64,000 nt of DNA from Nitrosopumilaceae archaeon. Its GTDB lineage: Archaea; Thermoproteota; Nitrososphaeria; Nitrososphaerales; Nitrosopumilaceae. Where the stretch lies: positions 1,888,001 to 1,952,000 of the forward strand of contig OZ242274.1 in the NCBI GenBank assembly GCA_965207375.1, read 5' to 3'. How positions within the stretch are numbered: the first letter of the stretch is position 1; every line of letters starts with the position of its first letter. The notes under the pieces were generated by a model. That model did no database searches, had not been told where the DNA came from, and worked only from the letters and a program-made list of their open reading frames with translations. Positions 33,146-43,640 of this stretch are shown here, piece after piece. The position numbers were made by a program, and so were the translations under genes.

Positions 33146-33682
33146 TTATGGTTTCCAGAGGACATCAAAGGTGTTATTTCTTTTGTTGATCACTCTAGAT
33201 ATTACAAACAGCAGATCCGACAATCGGTTTAGATACTTGCTGCAATTTGCATTGATTTGTTGCTTTTCTTGTAATTTTACAACAGTAACCTCTGCCCGTC
33301 TTGTAATTGTTCTTGTCACATGAATCTGAGATGCAGTGGTAGTTCCTCCAGGCAGTATGAAATTTGTCAGCGGATCTAGTTCCTTTTCATACTGATCAAT
33401 TTCAGATTCTAATTTCTTAATCAAACCTGCCTCTATTCTGTTTTTGTCATCTGTCAAATCAGGATTTGACAGATCAGCTCCCAATCTGAATAGTTCATGC
33501 TGTATTCTTTTCAATGTTGTAGATATGTCAGCATCTATTTTTCCAGAAAGCGCTAGTCCCAATGAAGTGTTGATTTCATCGACGGTACCATACGCTACAA
33601 TTCTTTGATCTGATTTTGAAATTCGCACATTACCTTGCAGGCTTGTGGTGCCAGTATCACCGGTTTTTGTATATATCTTCAC
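33146..33682 (-). CDS. Cob(I)alamin adenosyltransferase, PduO type
   Basis: KIYTKTGDTGTT, YGTVDE, YLNRLSDLLF; GTG start at 33682. Confidence 0.93.
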   Translation of the reverse strand: MKIYTKTGDTGTTSLQGNVRISKSDQRIVAYGTVDEINTSLGLALSGKIDADISTTLKRIQHELFRLGADLSNPDLTDDKNRIEAGLIKKLESEIDQYEKELDPLTNFILPGGTTTASQIHVTRTITRRAEVTVVKLQEKQQINANCSKYLNRLSDLLFVISRVINKRNNTFDVLWKP

Positions 33683-33755
33683 AGTTGAGGTTATGACACA
33701 TGGTTTATTATTATCTTCGAACCGTTTAATAGGAAATTTTGGCATCTTTGAATGT

Positions 33756-34283
33756 ATGATTCTTGATTTTTTCAACATTGCTCTAAAGTTGAAAAAAATA
33801 TCCAGACAGGGCTGGATTGACAAGCTAAACTTGAATCCTGTCGAATCCGTATCTGATCACACATACATGATGACACTAATGGCCATGGTACTTGCAGATC
33901 ACACAAAGCTAGACACTTTAAAAATTATTAAAATGTCCTTGTTGCACGACCTTGCAGAGGCAAAGATTGGAGATGTGATTCCAGGCCAAATGTCTGTAGA
34001 TAAAAAATGTAAACTAGAGAACAGTGCAATGTGTCAAATCCTAAACGAATTGCCCGAATCCATACGTAACAACTATCAAAAAATATGGGATGAATTTCAG
34101 AATGGTGCATCAGAAGAATCTGTTTTTGTACATGAAATTGACAAATTAGAGATGGCATTGCAGGCAAAAAATTATTCCAAAGAAACATCGTCAGATAACA
34201 TCAAGGTGTTTTTTGAATCTGCAAGAAAGTCAATACAAAACAAACATCTGCAAAACATTTTAGATGATATACTTTCACAATAA
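33756..34283 (+). CDS. HD-domain hydrolase (HDDC2/YfbR-like)
   Basis: RQGW, ESVSDH, HDLAE, DKLE. Confidence 0.9.
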   Translation: MILDFFNIALKLKKISRQGWIDKLNLNPVESVSDHTYMMTLMAMVLADHTKLDTLKIIKMSLLHDLAEAKIGDVIPGQMSVDKKCKLENSAMCQILNELPESIRNNYQKIWDEFQNGASEESVFVHEIDKLEMALQAKNYSKETSSDNIKVFFESARKSIQNKHLQNILDDILSQ

Positions 34284-34286
34284 GGC

Positions 34287-34517
34287 ATGTCTGAGCAGGA
34301 CAAAGACGAGTTAATCGAGGCACAAAAGCAGGTAATTGGAATTTTGTTTGAGCTAGTCAAAAGACTACAATCAAACATCAATCTAGATTCAGAATATTTT
34401 CAGCTAGCCGCATCTAGAAAAACACCACAAAATCAATCTAGGTTGGCTGAAATTATGTCAGAACGCGAGGCAAACGCCAAAATTGTAGGCAGATTATTAG
34501 AACAGTTAAAGACCTAG
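34287..34517 (+). CDS. Hypothetical protein
   Basis: 76-aa helical ORF, 3 nt after HD gene. Confidence 0.7.
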   Translation: MSEQDKDELIEAQKQVIGILFELVKRLQSNINLDSEYFQLAASRKTPQNQSRLAEIMSEREANAKIVGRLLEQLKT

Positions 34518-34831
34518 TGGTCACAACCGCAGGAATCATCGGTACACCCATCATTTACCATTCTTAGTTGAGTAGTTTGTTCATGTTTGCTTTGCACATA
34601 ATGTGCCAGATTTGTAATTCTTACTCGAGTTGATCTGTTGTGCCAGCTACCCTCATTTTCAAACCACGATTCTATATCAGATACGTCATAAGAATCTCCC
34701 TTTTTGAGAATATTTCCAAAAATAGTTTTGACTAGCTGTGTTTCTGATTCGGAAAGTTTTTCTTTGTCTGCAACCATGGTGGTAATTTCGTTGAGTCCAA
34801 TTATCACATCATTTGTTAGAGGCAACAACAT
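34514..34831 (-). CDS. Hypothetical protein with Cys-rich tail
   Basis: 105-aa ORF ending GCTDDSCGCDH. Confidence 0.7.
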   Translation of the reverse strand: MLLPLTNDVIIGLNEITTMVADKEKLSESETQLVKTIFGNILKKGDSYDVSDIESWFENEGSWHNRSTRVRITNLAHYVQSKHEQTTQLRMVNDGCTDDSCGCDH

Positions 34832-34895
34832 TACGGGTCGAATCCGAATATAACAACTTTGTGAGCTTTTTATTATTGAAAGATTACAATGATAT

Positions 34896-35243
34896 ATGCA
34901 ATACTTTGCAGCATTACGAAAGGGTCAAAAAAGAGTAGAGTCTGCTAGGCAGTACCTCAACGAGCACACAGATGGAAAAGCAATGCCTGCCTTGGCGCTA
35001 AAAACTGCCAAAGGAAACGTCTGGACTCCGGTAGGTGAGGAAAACCTCTTTGCATTTGTTGATGAATCATCAGGTTTTGTGTTGACTGACAACAGTGGAT
35101 ACATTTTGGCACTAGTTGACAATGAAGGCTATTCAAAAAGTATCGTTCAAGGAGTAAACCAGACTCGAAAAGAATTTCTTATCAAAAGGTTTGCCGAAGA
35201 TGGTATTGCAGAATATCAAGGAAAGGTCATATTGCCTGTTTGA
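34896..35243 (+). CDS. Hypothetical protein
   Basis: 115-aa ORF in a gene-sized slot. Confidence 0.75.
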   Translation: MQYFAALRKGQKRVESARQYLNEHTDGKAMPALALKTAKGNVWTPVGEENLFAFVDESSGFVLTDNSGYILALVDNEGYSKSIVQGVNQTRKEFLIKRFAEDGIAEYQGKVILPV

Positions 35244-35314
35244 TGTGCAATGAGTTTCTAGGACGCAACCGTGCAATAAGCAATGCTTTAGTATAGAATA
35301 TTTTATAAAATATT

Positions 35315-36541
35315 ATGGCTAAATTTAGTGAGGAGATTCAAGTACGAGGTCACTTGATTGACTCTTCAATTCTTACCAAAATTTTTGACGTCATTATGGA
35401 TCTTGATGGGGAATTTGATGTATTGGACATACACGTAGGAAAAAAAAAGATGGATGTATCCTTTGCAAAGTTGGCAATACATGCAAAAAATCAAATGCAG
35501 TTGAATAAAATTTTAGAGGCCGTAAACAGAGAGGGGGCAGTTTCCCCAAGTCAAAATGAAGTTAATCTAGTTTCTGCAACCAAAGACATGGTGATGCCGG
35601 AAAATTTTTACAGTACCACAAATAATCATACTAAAATATTTTACAAAAACAAATGGATTCAAGTGGATAACATGATGATGGATAAGTGTATAGTAGTCAA
35701 GGGAACCACTGCATCATGTGTTCCAATTCGTGATGTAAAAAAGGGAGACAAAATCATAGTGGGTGATTCAGGTGTCAGAGTCATACCACCTGAAAGACCA
35801 AGAGAAGGGGTAAATGTATTTGAGTTCATGGGAAGCAGTAGTTCTAGTGAAAGACCAACACAACACATTGCCAAACAGGTAGCATTAGACATCATAAAGA
35901 CCAAAAAAGAGGGAGGCAAGATAATCCTAGTCGGAGGTCCTGCCATTGTACATACAGGGGCAGCACCTGCAGTTGCAGAATTGATCAAAAAAGGATACAT
36001 TGGAGGCGTATTGGCAGGAAATGCCCTAGCAGTGCACGATATTGAATATGCCACTCTTGGTACATCTCTTGGAATGAATGTGCATGATGGTACACTTGCA
36101 ATCAGAGGACATCGCAATCACATGGATGCAATAAATTCCGTGTTTAGGGCAGGTTCCATTCCAAAGATGGTCAAAACCGGTAAATTAAAGCATGGAATTA
36201 TGTACGAATGTGTAAAAAATAATGTTCCATTTGTTTTGGCCTCCTCCATCCGTGATGACGGACCGCTACCTGACGTAATTACAGATATTGCCGAGGCTCA
36301 GCGAAGATACAAGCAGGTTCTCAAGGGAGCAAAAATGGTAATCATGGTCTCTACAATGTTGCATTCAATTGCCACAGGAAACATGCTACCAGCAGATGTT
36401 AAAGTAATTGTTGTAGATATTAGTCAGCCTACTGTAACTAAGCTCATGGACAGGGGTACTTGGCAGGCCCTAGGGATTGTATCAGATGTTGGTGCCTTTT
36501 TGCCTCTAGTGACAGCGCAGATTAAAAAGTCAAAGGGGTAA
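35315..36541 (+). CDS. TIGR00300-family protein (LOR/SDH-like ornithine cyclodeaminase)
   Basis: GHLIDS, FYSTTN, GNALAVHDIE, SIRDDGPLP, KLMDRG. Confidence 0.88.
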   Translation: MAKFSEEIQVRGHLIDSSILTKIFDVIMDLDGEFDVLDIHVGKKKMDVSFAKLAIHAKNQMQLNKILEAVNREGAVSPSQNEVNLVSATKDMVMPENFYSTTNNHTKIFYKNKWIQVDNMMMDKCIVVKGTTASCVPIRDVKKGDKIIVGDSGVRVIPPERPREGVNVFEFMGSSSSSERPTQHIAKQVALDIIKTKKEGGKIILVGGPAIVHTGAAPAVAELIKKGYIGGVLAGNALAVHDIEYATLGTSLGMNVHDGTLAIRGHRNHMDAINSVFRAGSIPKMVKTGKLKHGIMYECVKNNVPFVLASSIRDDGPLPDVITDIAEAQRRYKQVLKGAKMVIMVSTMLHSIATGNMLPADVKVIVVDISQPTVTKLMDRGTWQALGIVSDVGAFLPLVTAQIKKSKG

Positions 36542-37216
36542 CTCAGCCGATTGTACAAGGATTTCTCAAACCGGAGATGTTTAGTCGTATCAGATTATGG
36601 CGCATCATGATCTGAATGGTAATCAATCCACATAGTTACATAACATTGGACTAATCATGCCCCCCCTAGACCGCTACCATCATACTAGCAAAAGAGCCTT
36701 TTGATGTACACTTTGACTTTTTAAAGTTGCATGTGTAAAAAAATGCCAGGCCTATGATTTTTACATTTGATTCAGGCATGCCTAGTTTTTTGCTTTTTTT
36801 GATGGCATGTATCCAAAATTACCACAATTTCAAAACAAGGTTAACAATTACAAAAACCAATCTAAAAAACTGGCAAAATGGAAAAGGGTGGTTTTAAAAT
36901 CCACAAAACCACCGCTTCCAATCTAGTCTCATAGTAGATCCTTTGGGGATCATGTGGGGGACTTGAAATGTACTTGCAAAATCAATATAAAAGCATCAAA
37001 ACTTTACATGTAAAAGACACATATTAAACTCAGAATTTGAACGTATTTTTGACATACATAGTAAACACGACAGATACTACAAATTAAACATTGCAACCTG
37101 AAACATTTGCTAATTTTTGATATAACAAACCGTACTAATTTCTAATATAAACAAATTCAGATTAGACAAAGATAAAACAAGTTATAATTTGACAAAATTT
37201 CAAGAATCAAATCCAA

Positions 37217-38623
37217 TCACTGTAAATCTAGTTTTTCTTTTAATATTTTCAGAGTAAGTTTTGGATCTGCTTTTCCGTTGCTTTTTTTCATGACTTTACC
37301 CACCAGATAATTTATGGTTTGAGGGTTGGATTTTGCCTCTTGTGCTGCCTTTGTCTCCTGTGACATAACTGCATCAATTGTCTCATGCAGATTAGACGAA
37401 TCAGACATTTCCAAATCTAGTCGTTTCATTACATCATTTACAGATTCTCCGGTTTTTACTAGCTCGTATAATGCATTTTTAGCAGAATTTCTTGAGATCT
37501 TATTTTGTCGTATGGCATCAACTAGTTCACAAATATGCAATGCAGATAGTTTTGATGTGTCCCTTTTTTCCTTTGTATCTACTAGCCCCATGATGTCAGT
37601 TGTAATCATATTTGCAACATCTTTGGCATTTTCTTGTGTGTGAGCTTTTTCAAACAAATCAGAATAAAACCTGTCAGAGGAGAGCACGTATGCTACCTGT
37701 GGGGCAATACCATAGTCAGATATGTATCGTTCCTTTTTTGAGCTGATACTTTCAGGCATCTCTGCCTGAATTTTTTCCAAGGTTTGCGAATCAATTACAA
37801 TCCACGGTATGTCGCCTTCCAGAAAATATCTGTAATCAAGATCTTCTACTTTGCGTCTTGCAGGAACCGTGATTTTTCTCTTGTCATCCCAGTGCCTAGT
37901 TTCTTGTTCAATTGTCATGTTTCGTGATTTGAGACTGTTTTGGCGGATCAACTCGTAATCTAAGGCCTTTTCCAAATCGTAAAAAGAGTTGACGTTTTTT
38001 ATTTCAACTTTAGAGCCTCCCGGTATCGATATGTTTCCATCAGCACGCATTGCACCCTCCAATCCAGGATCAGCTACTCTGAGATTTTCTAGTAGGTCAG
38101 AAAGTATGTTTAAAAAGATGCGAACCTGGCGCGGATTCTCAAAGTCAGGCTCAGTTACGATCTCCACAAGCGGTGTTCCTGAACGGTTATAATCCACTAG
38201 AACAATCTGTGTTTCCTCTGATTCACCCTCATAAATCAATCTGCCAGGATCCTCCTCAATCTGAATTCTTCGTATCCGTATGTCTTTGTCCTCTATTGAG
38301 ATCCTGCCATTTCCACCAATGCTTGTATCTCCATACACATTGAGCTGCATAATCTGAAAATTCTTTGGAAGATCAGGATAGAAATAATGTTTTCTAAAAA
38401 AGGCAATCTTTTGAGGAATGTTACATTCAAGTGCCTTTGCAATTGCAATTGCCTTTTGAACTGCCATTTTATTTAATCGCGGCAATGTGCCAGGAAGACC
38501 TAGACAAACAGGACATACGTTTGTGTTGATTTCATAGTCTCGATAGTTGGCACGGCATGAACAAAACAATTTGCTGTTCAGATTTGTCAGCTGACAATGA
38601 ATCTCCAACCCAATTTTTGTCAT
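37217..38623 (-). CDS. gatB: Asp/Glu-tRNA amidotransferase subunit B
   Basis: IGLEIH, YFYPDLPK, DYNRSGTPLVEIVTEP. Confidence 0.97.
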   Translation of the reverse strand: MTKIGLEIHCQLTNLNSKLFCSCRANYRDYEINTNVCPVCLGLPGTLPRLNKMAVQKAIAIAKALECNIPQKIAFFRKHYFYPDLPKNFQIMQLNVYGDTSIGGNGRISIEDKDIRIRRIQIEEDPGRLIYEGESEETQIVLVDYNRSGTPLVEIVTEPDFENPRQVRIFLNILSDLLENLRVADPGLEGAMRADGNISIPGGSKVEIKNVNSFYDLEKALDYELIRQNSLKSRNMTIEQETRHWDDKRKITVPARRKVEDLDYRYFLEGDIPWIVIDSQTLEKIQAEMPESISSKKERYISDYGIAPQVAYVLSSDRFYSDLFEKAHTQENAKDVANMITTDIMGLVDTKEKRDTSKLSALHICELVDAIRQNKISRNSAKNALYELVKTGESVNDVMKRLDLEMSDSSNLHETIDAVMSQETKAAQEAKSNPQTINYLVGKVMKKSNGKADPKLTLKILKEKLDLQ

Positions 38624-40065
38624 AGTGTGACCTCTGGTAGTTTTACGGTTTTTTGTAGCGCATATGCTGCCTGGAGGACAGACTTGTCTTCTAAGGGTTT
38701 TCCCATTATCTGAATGCCAATTGGCAGTCCATCTGCATGAGAAAAGGGTACTGAAATGGCAGGTTTGCCAGTCAAATTAGCAGTTACAGTATTGATGTCA
38801 ACTAGAAACAAGGCCACCGGATCGTCTATTTTTTCTCCTATTTTAAAAGGCAGTATTGGGACAGTGGGCGACAGCAAAAAATCTACAGATTCTAGTGCTT
38901 CATTGACCTCTTTGACAAGTTTGCTTTTTACCTTCAAAGCTTTTAGAAAATATCTTCCTGCATGACCTGCAGAGGGAACAAACCCCCCAAGAATCATGCG
39001 TCTTGTTACCTCTGGTCCGAACCTGCTTCTGGCCTTTGAGATGTAAGAGTTAAACTCATAGCCTTCCATTGGCATATCAAAGCCATACCGAATATTATCA
39101 TATCTTGCCAGATTACTTCCTGCCTCAGTCGCAGTTATGGTGTAATAGGCAGCAACCGAATAATCCACCATATCAAGTGAGATCTCCTGACAATGAGCAC
39201 CCAATTTTTCCAAATTCGATATGGACTGAGTGGTAGCAGATACAACCCTGCTGTCTGCCCCATCTCCTATCATCTCCTTGACAACGCCGAAGGTCTTTCC
39301 CTCAACACCTGCATCAATATTTTCCAAATAATCAGGACTATAGTTATCTACAGTCGTATTGTCATTTGGATCTAGTCCCGAAATGATATTTAGCATAAAT
39401 GCTGCGTCCTCGACTGTTTTGGTCATTGGACCCATTTGCTCAATACTGTTTGCATATGAGATCAAACCGTATCTGCTGATCAGACCATAGGTAGGCTTGT
39501 ATCCCACAATGCCACAAAAACTAGCAGGATTTCTAACAGAGCCGCCCGTATCTGAACCAAGTGATGCAATACATTGATTTGAGCTTACAGCTACCGCACT
39601 TCCCCCGGATGAGCCTCCTGGAACATAATCCGTATTCCATGGATTTCTGCTAGGCCCATATGCACTAAATTCGGTAGTCAAACCCATTGCAAACTCGTCA
39701 AGATTTGTCTTTCCTACAAAAACTACATCCTCGGATCGTAGTTTGGAAATTACCGTTGCATCATAAGGCGCTATAAAATCCTGTAGCATTTTTGATGCAC
39801 ACGTAGTCTTTGTATTTTGTATGCAGATGTTATCTTTGATTGATATTGGCATTCCATAACATGCACCGACCTTGTGACCGGCTTTGATTTTTTTATCTAT
39901 TTGGCGTGCCTGTTTGACTGCATCCTCATTTACATGTAGGTACGCATGAAGTTTTTCATCGTGTTTTTTTATATGCTCCATTGTTTGTGCCATAAACTCT
40001 TCGGCGGTAAAGTTACCAGACCTTACCTGTTGTACATATTTGAGGGCAGATATTGTTAAATCCAA
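38620..40065 (-). CDS. gatA: Asp/Glu-tRNA amidotransferase subunit A
   Basis: Amidase signature GGSSGGSA, GSDTGGSVR. Confidence 0.97.
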   Translation of the reverse strand: MDLTISALKYVQQVRSGNFTAEEFMAQTMEHIKKHDEKLHAYLHVNEDAVKQARQIDKKIKAGHKVGACYGMPISIKDNICIQNTKTTCASKMLQDFIAPYDATVISKLRSEDVVFVGKTNLDEFAMGLTTEFSAYGPSRNPWNTDYVPGGSSGGSAVAVSSNQCIASLGSDTGGSVRNPASFCGIVGYKPTYGLISRYGLISYANSIEQMGPMTKTVEDAAFMLNIISGLDPNDNTTVDNYSPDYLENIDAGVEGKTFGVVKEMIGDGADSRVVSATTQSISNLEKLGAHCQEISLDMVDYSVAAYYTITATEAGSNLARYDNIRYGFDMPMEGYEFNSYISKARSRFGPEVTRRMILGGFVPSAGHAGRYFLKALKVKSKLVKEVNEALESVDFLLSPTVPILPFKIGEKIDDPVALFLVDINTVTANLTGKPAISVPFSHADGLPIGIQIMGKPLEDKSVLQAAYALQKTVKLPEVTL

Positions 40066-40341
40066 TTACGCCACCTTTGGGGCACGGATATAGGTTCCTT
40101 TGTAATTGTGTATTTTTTTAATTAGTTTATCAGGATATTCCAGATGCTTATCCTCTCTTAATTGGTCAATGGACAGTATTTGTGATGTAATTTCCTCATC
40201 CTCTACTCCTGCCTTGTCTAAAATATCAAAATATGCAAGCATCTTTTGAACTCGCTCAATATGTTCTGTATGATCATCTAGTTCAATTTTCATCAGCTCT
40301 GCGACTTTTTCTATTTCCTGTTTGGATACCAAATTTCTCAA
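40066..40341 (-). CDS. gatC: Asp/Glu-tRNA amidotransferase subunit C
   Basis: Size, position between aspS and gatA, LRED...APK. Confidence 0.85.
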   Translation of the reverse strand: MRNLVSKQEIEKVAELMKIELDDHTEHIERVQKMLAYFDILDKAGVEDEEITSQILSIDQLREDKHLEYPDKLIKKIHNYKGTYIRAPKVA

Positions 40342-40342
40342 C

Positions 40343-41653
40343 CTACGGTGTTAATCTGTCTGCGTCCCTAGGATAAAACGTTACATCCCGTATGTTCTCG
40401 GTTCCGGTAAGGGCCATCATTAATCGCTCCAAGCCTATGCCACAGCCTGCATGCGGTGGTACTCCATAGTCAAATGCACCAAGATGGTACTCAAATGTGT
40501 CTATTTTCATACCCTTGTTCTTCATTCTATCAGTCAGCTGTGCCCGCTTTTCAATTCTTGTGCTGCCAGAGGATATTTCAAGGTCGCCAAACATAAGATC
40601 AAAGGATTCTGAAATTGTCGGATCAGCTGATGTGGCCTTTACATAAAACGGCTTTGGGCCCATCGGCCAATCCGTGATAAAGTAAAATCCCTGTAGACCT
40701 ATTTTTTTAAGGTTTGACGGATACAAGTCGTCACCGAATTCTGTTTTGATATCTGCCTTTTGCATCTTGTCAATTAGTTCTGAATAACAATGACGCGGGA
40801 TTTTTTCAGGCACTGTAAGAGTTGTAAATTCAACGTCTGTATTTGCAGCAGTATAATCTGAAACTGATTTTATTGCAGTTTGAATTAGTTGCTCTATCCT
40901 GTTCATGACATCATTGTAATCTACAAAGGCCTCCTCGAGATCAATTGAGATTGCCTCTGCAAGGTGACGGTTTGTTCTAGAGGATTCTGCTCTAAATATA
41001 GGTGCAATTTCAAATACTTTCTCAAAACTCATAGTCAACTGTTCTTTGTACAGTTGCGGACTCTGAGCTAAAAATGCCTGTTTGTTATAGTAAAATATCG
41101 GAAACAGTGAAGCTCCGCCCTCAGTTGCAGTAGCAATCATTTTTGGAGTGTTGATTTCTATGAAACTATTATCGGTAAAATAATCTCTAATGGATTTTAA
41201 AACGTGGCTTCTTGCATTGAAGATATGTTGCAGTACCTTTCTGCGAAGATCAATTGGTCGAATCTCTAATCTTGTGTCAATATTTTTTACAGTTTTTGCC
41301 TGGGGTTCAAACGGGGGAATTTTTTCAACCTCTGAAAACACGTATAGCTCCTGCGGAATCAATTCAATACCGCTAGGTGATTTCTCTGAGGTCTGTATCT
41401 TGCCAACAATGCCAACTGAAGAGTGTGATTTTAGTTTTGAAATTTTTTCCCGTATATCATCAGGACAGTTGCCTTTTTTGGCAATTATCTGTATTTGTCC
41501 ATTTTTATCTTGTACATTAAGAAATGAGATATTTCCGTGTCCCCTGACGCTCAAGACCCACCCCATTACGGTTGCGTTTTGTCCGTCTAGTGAGGCATTT
41601 AGCTCATTTGAGTAGTGGGTCCGTCTAAGATCGCCTAATTCTGTTCCAATCAT
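40343..41653 (-). CDS. aspS: Aspartate--tRNA(Asp/Asn) ligase
   Basis: LAQSPQLYK, FRAE, PPHAGCGIGLER; operonic with gatCAB. Confidence 0.96.
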   Translation of the reverse strand: MIGTELGDLRRTHYSNELNASLDGQNATVMGWVLSVRGHGNISFLNVQDKNGQIQIIAKKGNCPDDIREKISKLKSHSSVGIVGKIQTSEKSPSGIELIPQELYVFSEVEKIPPFEPQAKTVKNIDTRLEIRPIDLRRKVLQHIFNARSHVLKSIRDYFTDNSFIEINTPKMIATATEGGASLFPIFYYNKQAFLAQSPQLYKEQLTMSFEKVFEIAPIFRAESSRTNRHLAEAISIDLEEAFVDYNDVMNRIEQLIQTAIKSVSDYTAANTDVEFTTLTVPEKIPRHCYSELIDKMQKADIKTEFGDDLYPSNLKKIGLQGFYFITDWPMGPKPFYVKATSADPTISESFDLMFGDLEISSGSTRIEKRAQLTDRMKNKGMKIDTFEYHLGAFDYGVPPHAGCGIGLERLMMALTGTENIRDVTFYPRDADRLTP

Positions 41654-41733
41654 AAGATGATTAACTGCCCAACCTTAGCGTATTTATTTTTTTGAAAATC
41701 ATTTTAATTACGATACATTTGCAGTATTGTATC

Positions 41734-41964
41734 ATGGTATTGACAGAAAAAGAGCGGCTAGTGGCCATAATTGCCAACGGAATTGTGTCTTTTGGGATTT
41801 ATTCATCACGAAAGGAACTAGCAGAAAACACAAACATGTATGATTTTATTCTACAAATATTGCCCAAAGATCTAAAAAAGATGACTAGTGCAAATCTTAT
41901 CGACGAGGTGTTTGAGGTCATAACAAGTCATAATCGCATACATAATGCAGGAGTAAAGTACTAG
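41734..41964 (+). CDS. Hypothetical protein
   Basis: 76-aa ORF ending 3 nt before purP. Confidence 0.7.
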   Translation: MVLTEKERLVAIIANGIVSFGIYSSRKELAENTNMYDFILQILPKDLKKMTSANLIDEVFEVITSHNRIHNAGVKY

Positions 41965-41967
41965 AAA

Positions 41968-42993
41968 ATGACCGCAGTTGCAACACTAGGATCGCATTGT
42001 GCCTTGCAGGCATTAAAGGGAGCAAAAGATGAAGGATTAAAAACACTTCTCGTATGTGAGAAAAAACGCGAAAAACTATACCGGCGTTTTAATTTTATTG
42101 ATGAGTTGATTTTAGTTGATTCGTTTTTGGAGGTTTTGGATCAAAAATGTGTACGCATACTAGAGCAAAACAACGCAGTGTTGATTCCACACGGGACATT
42201 GATTGCACAAATGTCATCAGAGCAGATCGAATCCATTAAAACTCCAATTTTTGGGAACCGATGGATTCTCAGATGGGAATCAGATAGAAACATGAAGGAG
42301 GAATTAATGCGAGAGGCCAGACTGCCTGTCCCAACACCTATTGCAGAGCCAGACCAGATAGACAGACTAGTTATTGTAAAAAGACAAGGTGCAGCAGGGG
42401 GCAAGGGATACTTTATGGCAGCAAGTGAGACAGATTATAACAAAAAACGCAATGCCCTCATAAAGGAAGGAATAATTTCAAGTGAGGAGAAATTATACAT
42501 TCAAGAATATGCATCAGGAGTACTGGCATATTTGCAGTATTTTTATTCGCCGCTAAAAGAGGAGTTGGAATTTTATGGAATTGACAAGCGGCACGAATCA
42601 GACATTGAGGGTCTAGGCAGAATCCCATCAGAGCAGCAGCTCAAAATTGACAAGGTGCCCTCATTTAATGTCATAGGAAACAGTCCCATGGTACTGCGCG
42701 AATCATTATTAGAAAAGGTCTATGAGATGGGAGAAAATTTTGTAGAGGCATCAAGTAGGATGGTAAAGCCTGGCATGAATGGACCATTTTGTATTGAAGG
42801 AGTATATGACGAAAATGCAGAGTTTACCACCTTTGAATTCTCAGCAAGGATTGTTGCAGGAACCAACATATACATGGACGGCTCTCCTTATTCCACACTG
42901 CTGTTTGACGAACCAATGAGCATGGGAAGAAGAATTGCACGCGAGATAAAGTTGGCCTCAGAATCAGGCAGGTTAGAGGCAGTCACCACCTGA
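41968..42993 (+). CDS. purP: Formate--phosphoribosylaminoimidazolecarboxamide ligase
   Basis: ATLGSHCALQ, GGKGYF, FEFSARIVAGTN. Confidence 0.92.
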   Translation: MTAVATLGSHCALQALKGAKDEGLKTLLVCEKKREKLYRRFNFIDELILVDSFLEVLDQKCVRILEQNNAVLIPHGTLIAQMSSEQIESIKTPIFGNRWILRWESDRNMKEELMREARLPVPTPIAEPDQIDRLVIVKRQGAAGGKGYFMAASETDYNKKRNALIKEGIISSEEKLYIQEYASGVLAYLQYFYSPLKEELEFYGIDKRHESDIEGLGRIPSEQQLKIDKVPSFNVIGNSPMVLRESLLEKVYEMGENFVEASSRMVKPGMNGPFCIEGVYDENAEFTTFEFSARIVAGTNIYMDGSPYSTLLFDEPMSMGRRIAREIKLASESGRLEAVTT

Positions 42994-43459
42994 AAATTTC
43001 AAATCTTCTAAATGCAATTATTGTGACAGTCATCACTGCTGCAAAGACAGTCACAACTCCGATTGGAAATTCAGGAATTACACTGGTTCCAACTATTTCT
43101 ATCTCTATTGTTCCTGTAGGGGCAAAAAATTCAACTACAGTTGTCAAAGCATCAGGTTCTTTGAGATATTGTGATGTTTGATAATCAGTCTCAATCCAAT
43201 CAATTAAAACTACAAATTGATCACCTTCAGCTGAGATCAGCTCGTCGGGTAGATGGATTTCAAAGAAAGAATCTTTGGTGTTATTTAATCCAACCAATAA
43301 AGAATTCAGTTCGGGATCAATTTCCATGGCTATGATGTCGGCATCAACAGAATAGACAACATCATATGTGTGATTGCCAACATCAATAGTATATACTGAA
43401 GCAAAACCCAGTTGGGGCACAAGTATCAAAGATAAAATTACAAGGTGGGTCAGTTGCAT
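42983..43459 (-). CDS. Secreted protein with PEF-CTERM-type sorting signal
   Basis: Signal-like N-terminus; VIPEFP, TM helix, RR tail. Confidence 0.8.
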   Translation of the reverse strand: MQLTHLVILSLILVPQLGFASVYTIDVGNHTYDVVYSVDADIIAMEIDPELNSLLVGLNNTKDSFFEIHLPDELISAEGDQFVVLIDWIETDYQTSQYLKEPDALTTVVEFFAPTGTIEIEIVGTSVIPEFPIGVVTVFAAVMTVTIIAFRRFEIFRW

Positions 43460-43640
43460 AATTAAAAAATAAAATAGATCTATAAAAAAAGTAGACATAA
43501 GCGCAAAAAAGAAGATAGTCATAGATTCACTATTATGACGTTGTTATGCCTGATTGTATGGATTGGGATTCTTTTAAACGTACAAAAATACAACAAAACC
43601 CATCTAAAGAATTTATTCAAGAGTAATCCCTAGCAATATA

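Noticed and set aside
33023-33232. 69-aa plus-strand ORF
   Set aside because: Antisense to tRNA-Phe and the PduO gene end
33645-33823. Head-to-head overlap of the PduO and HD ORFs
   Set aside because: Disappears with starts at 33682 and 33756, which leave a normal divergent promoter gap
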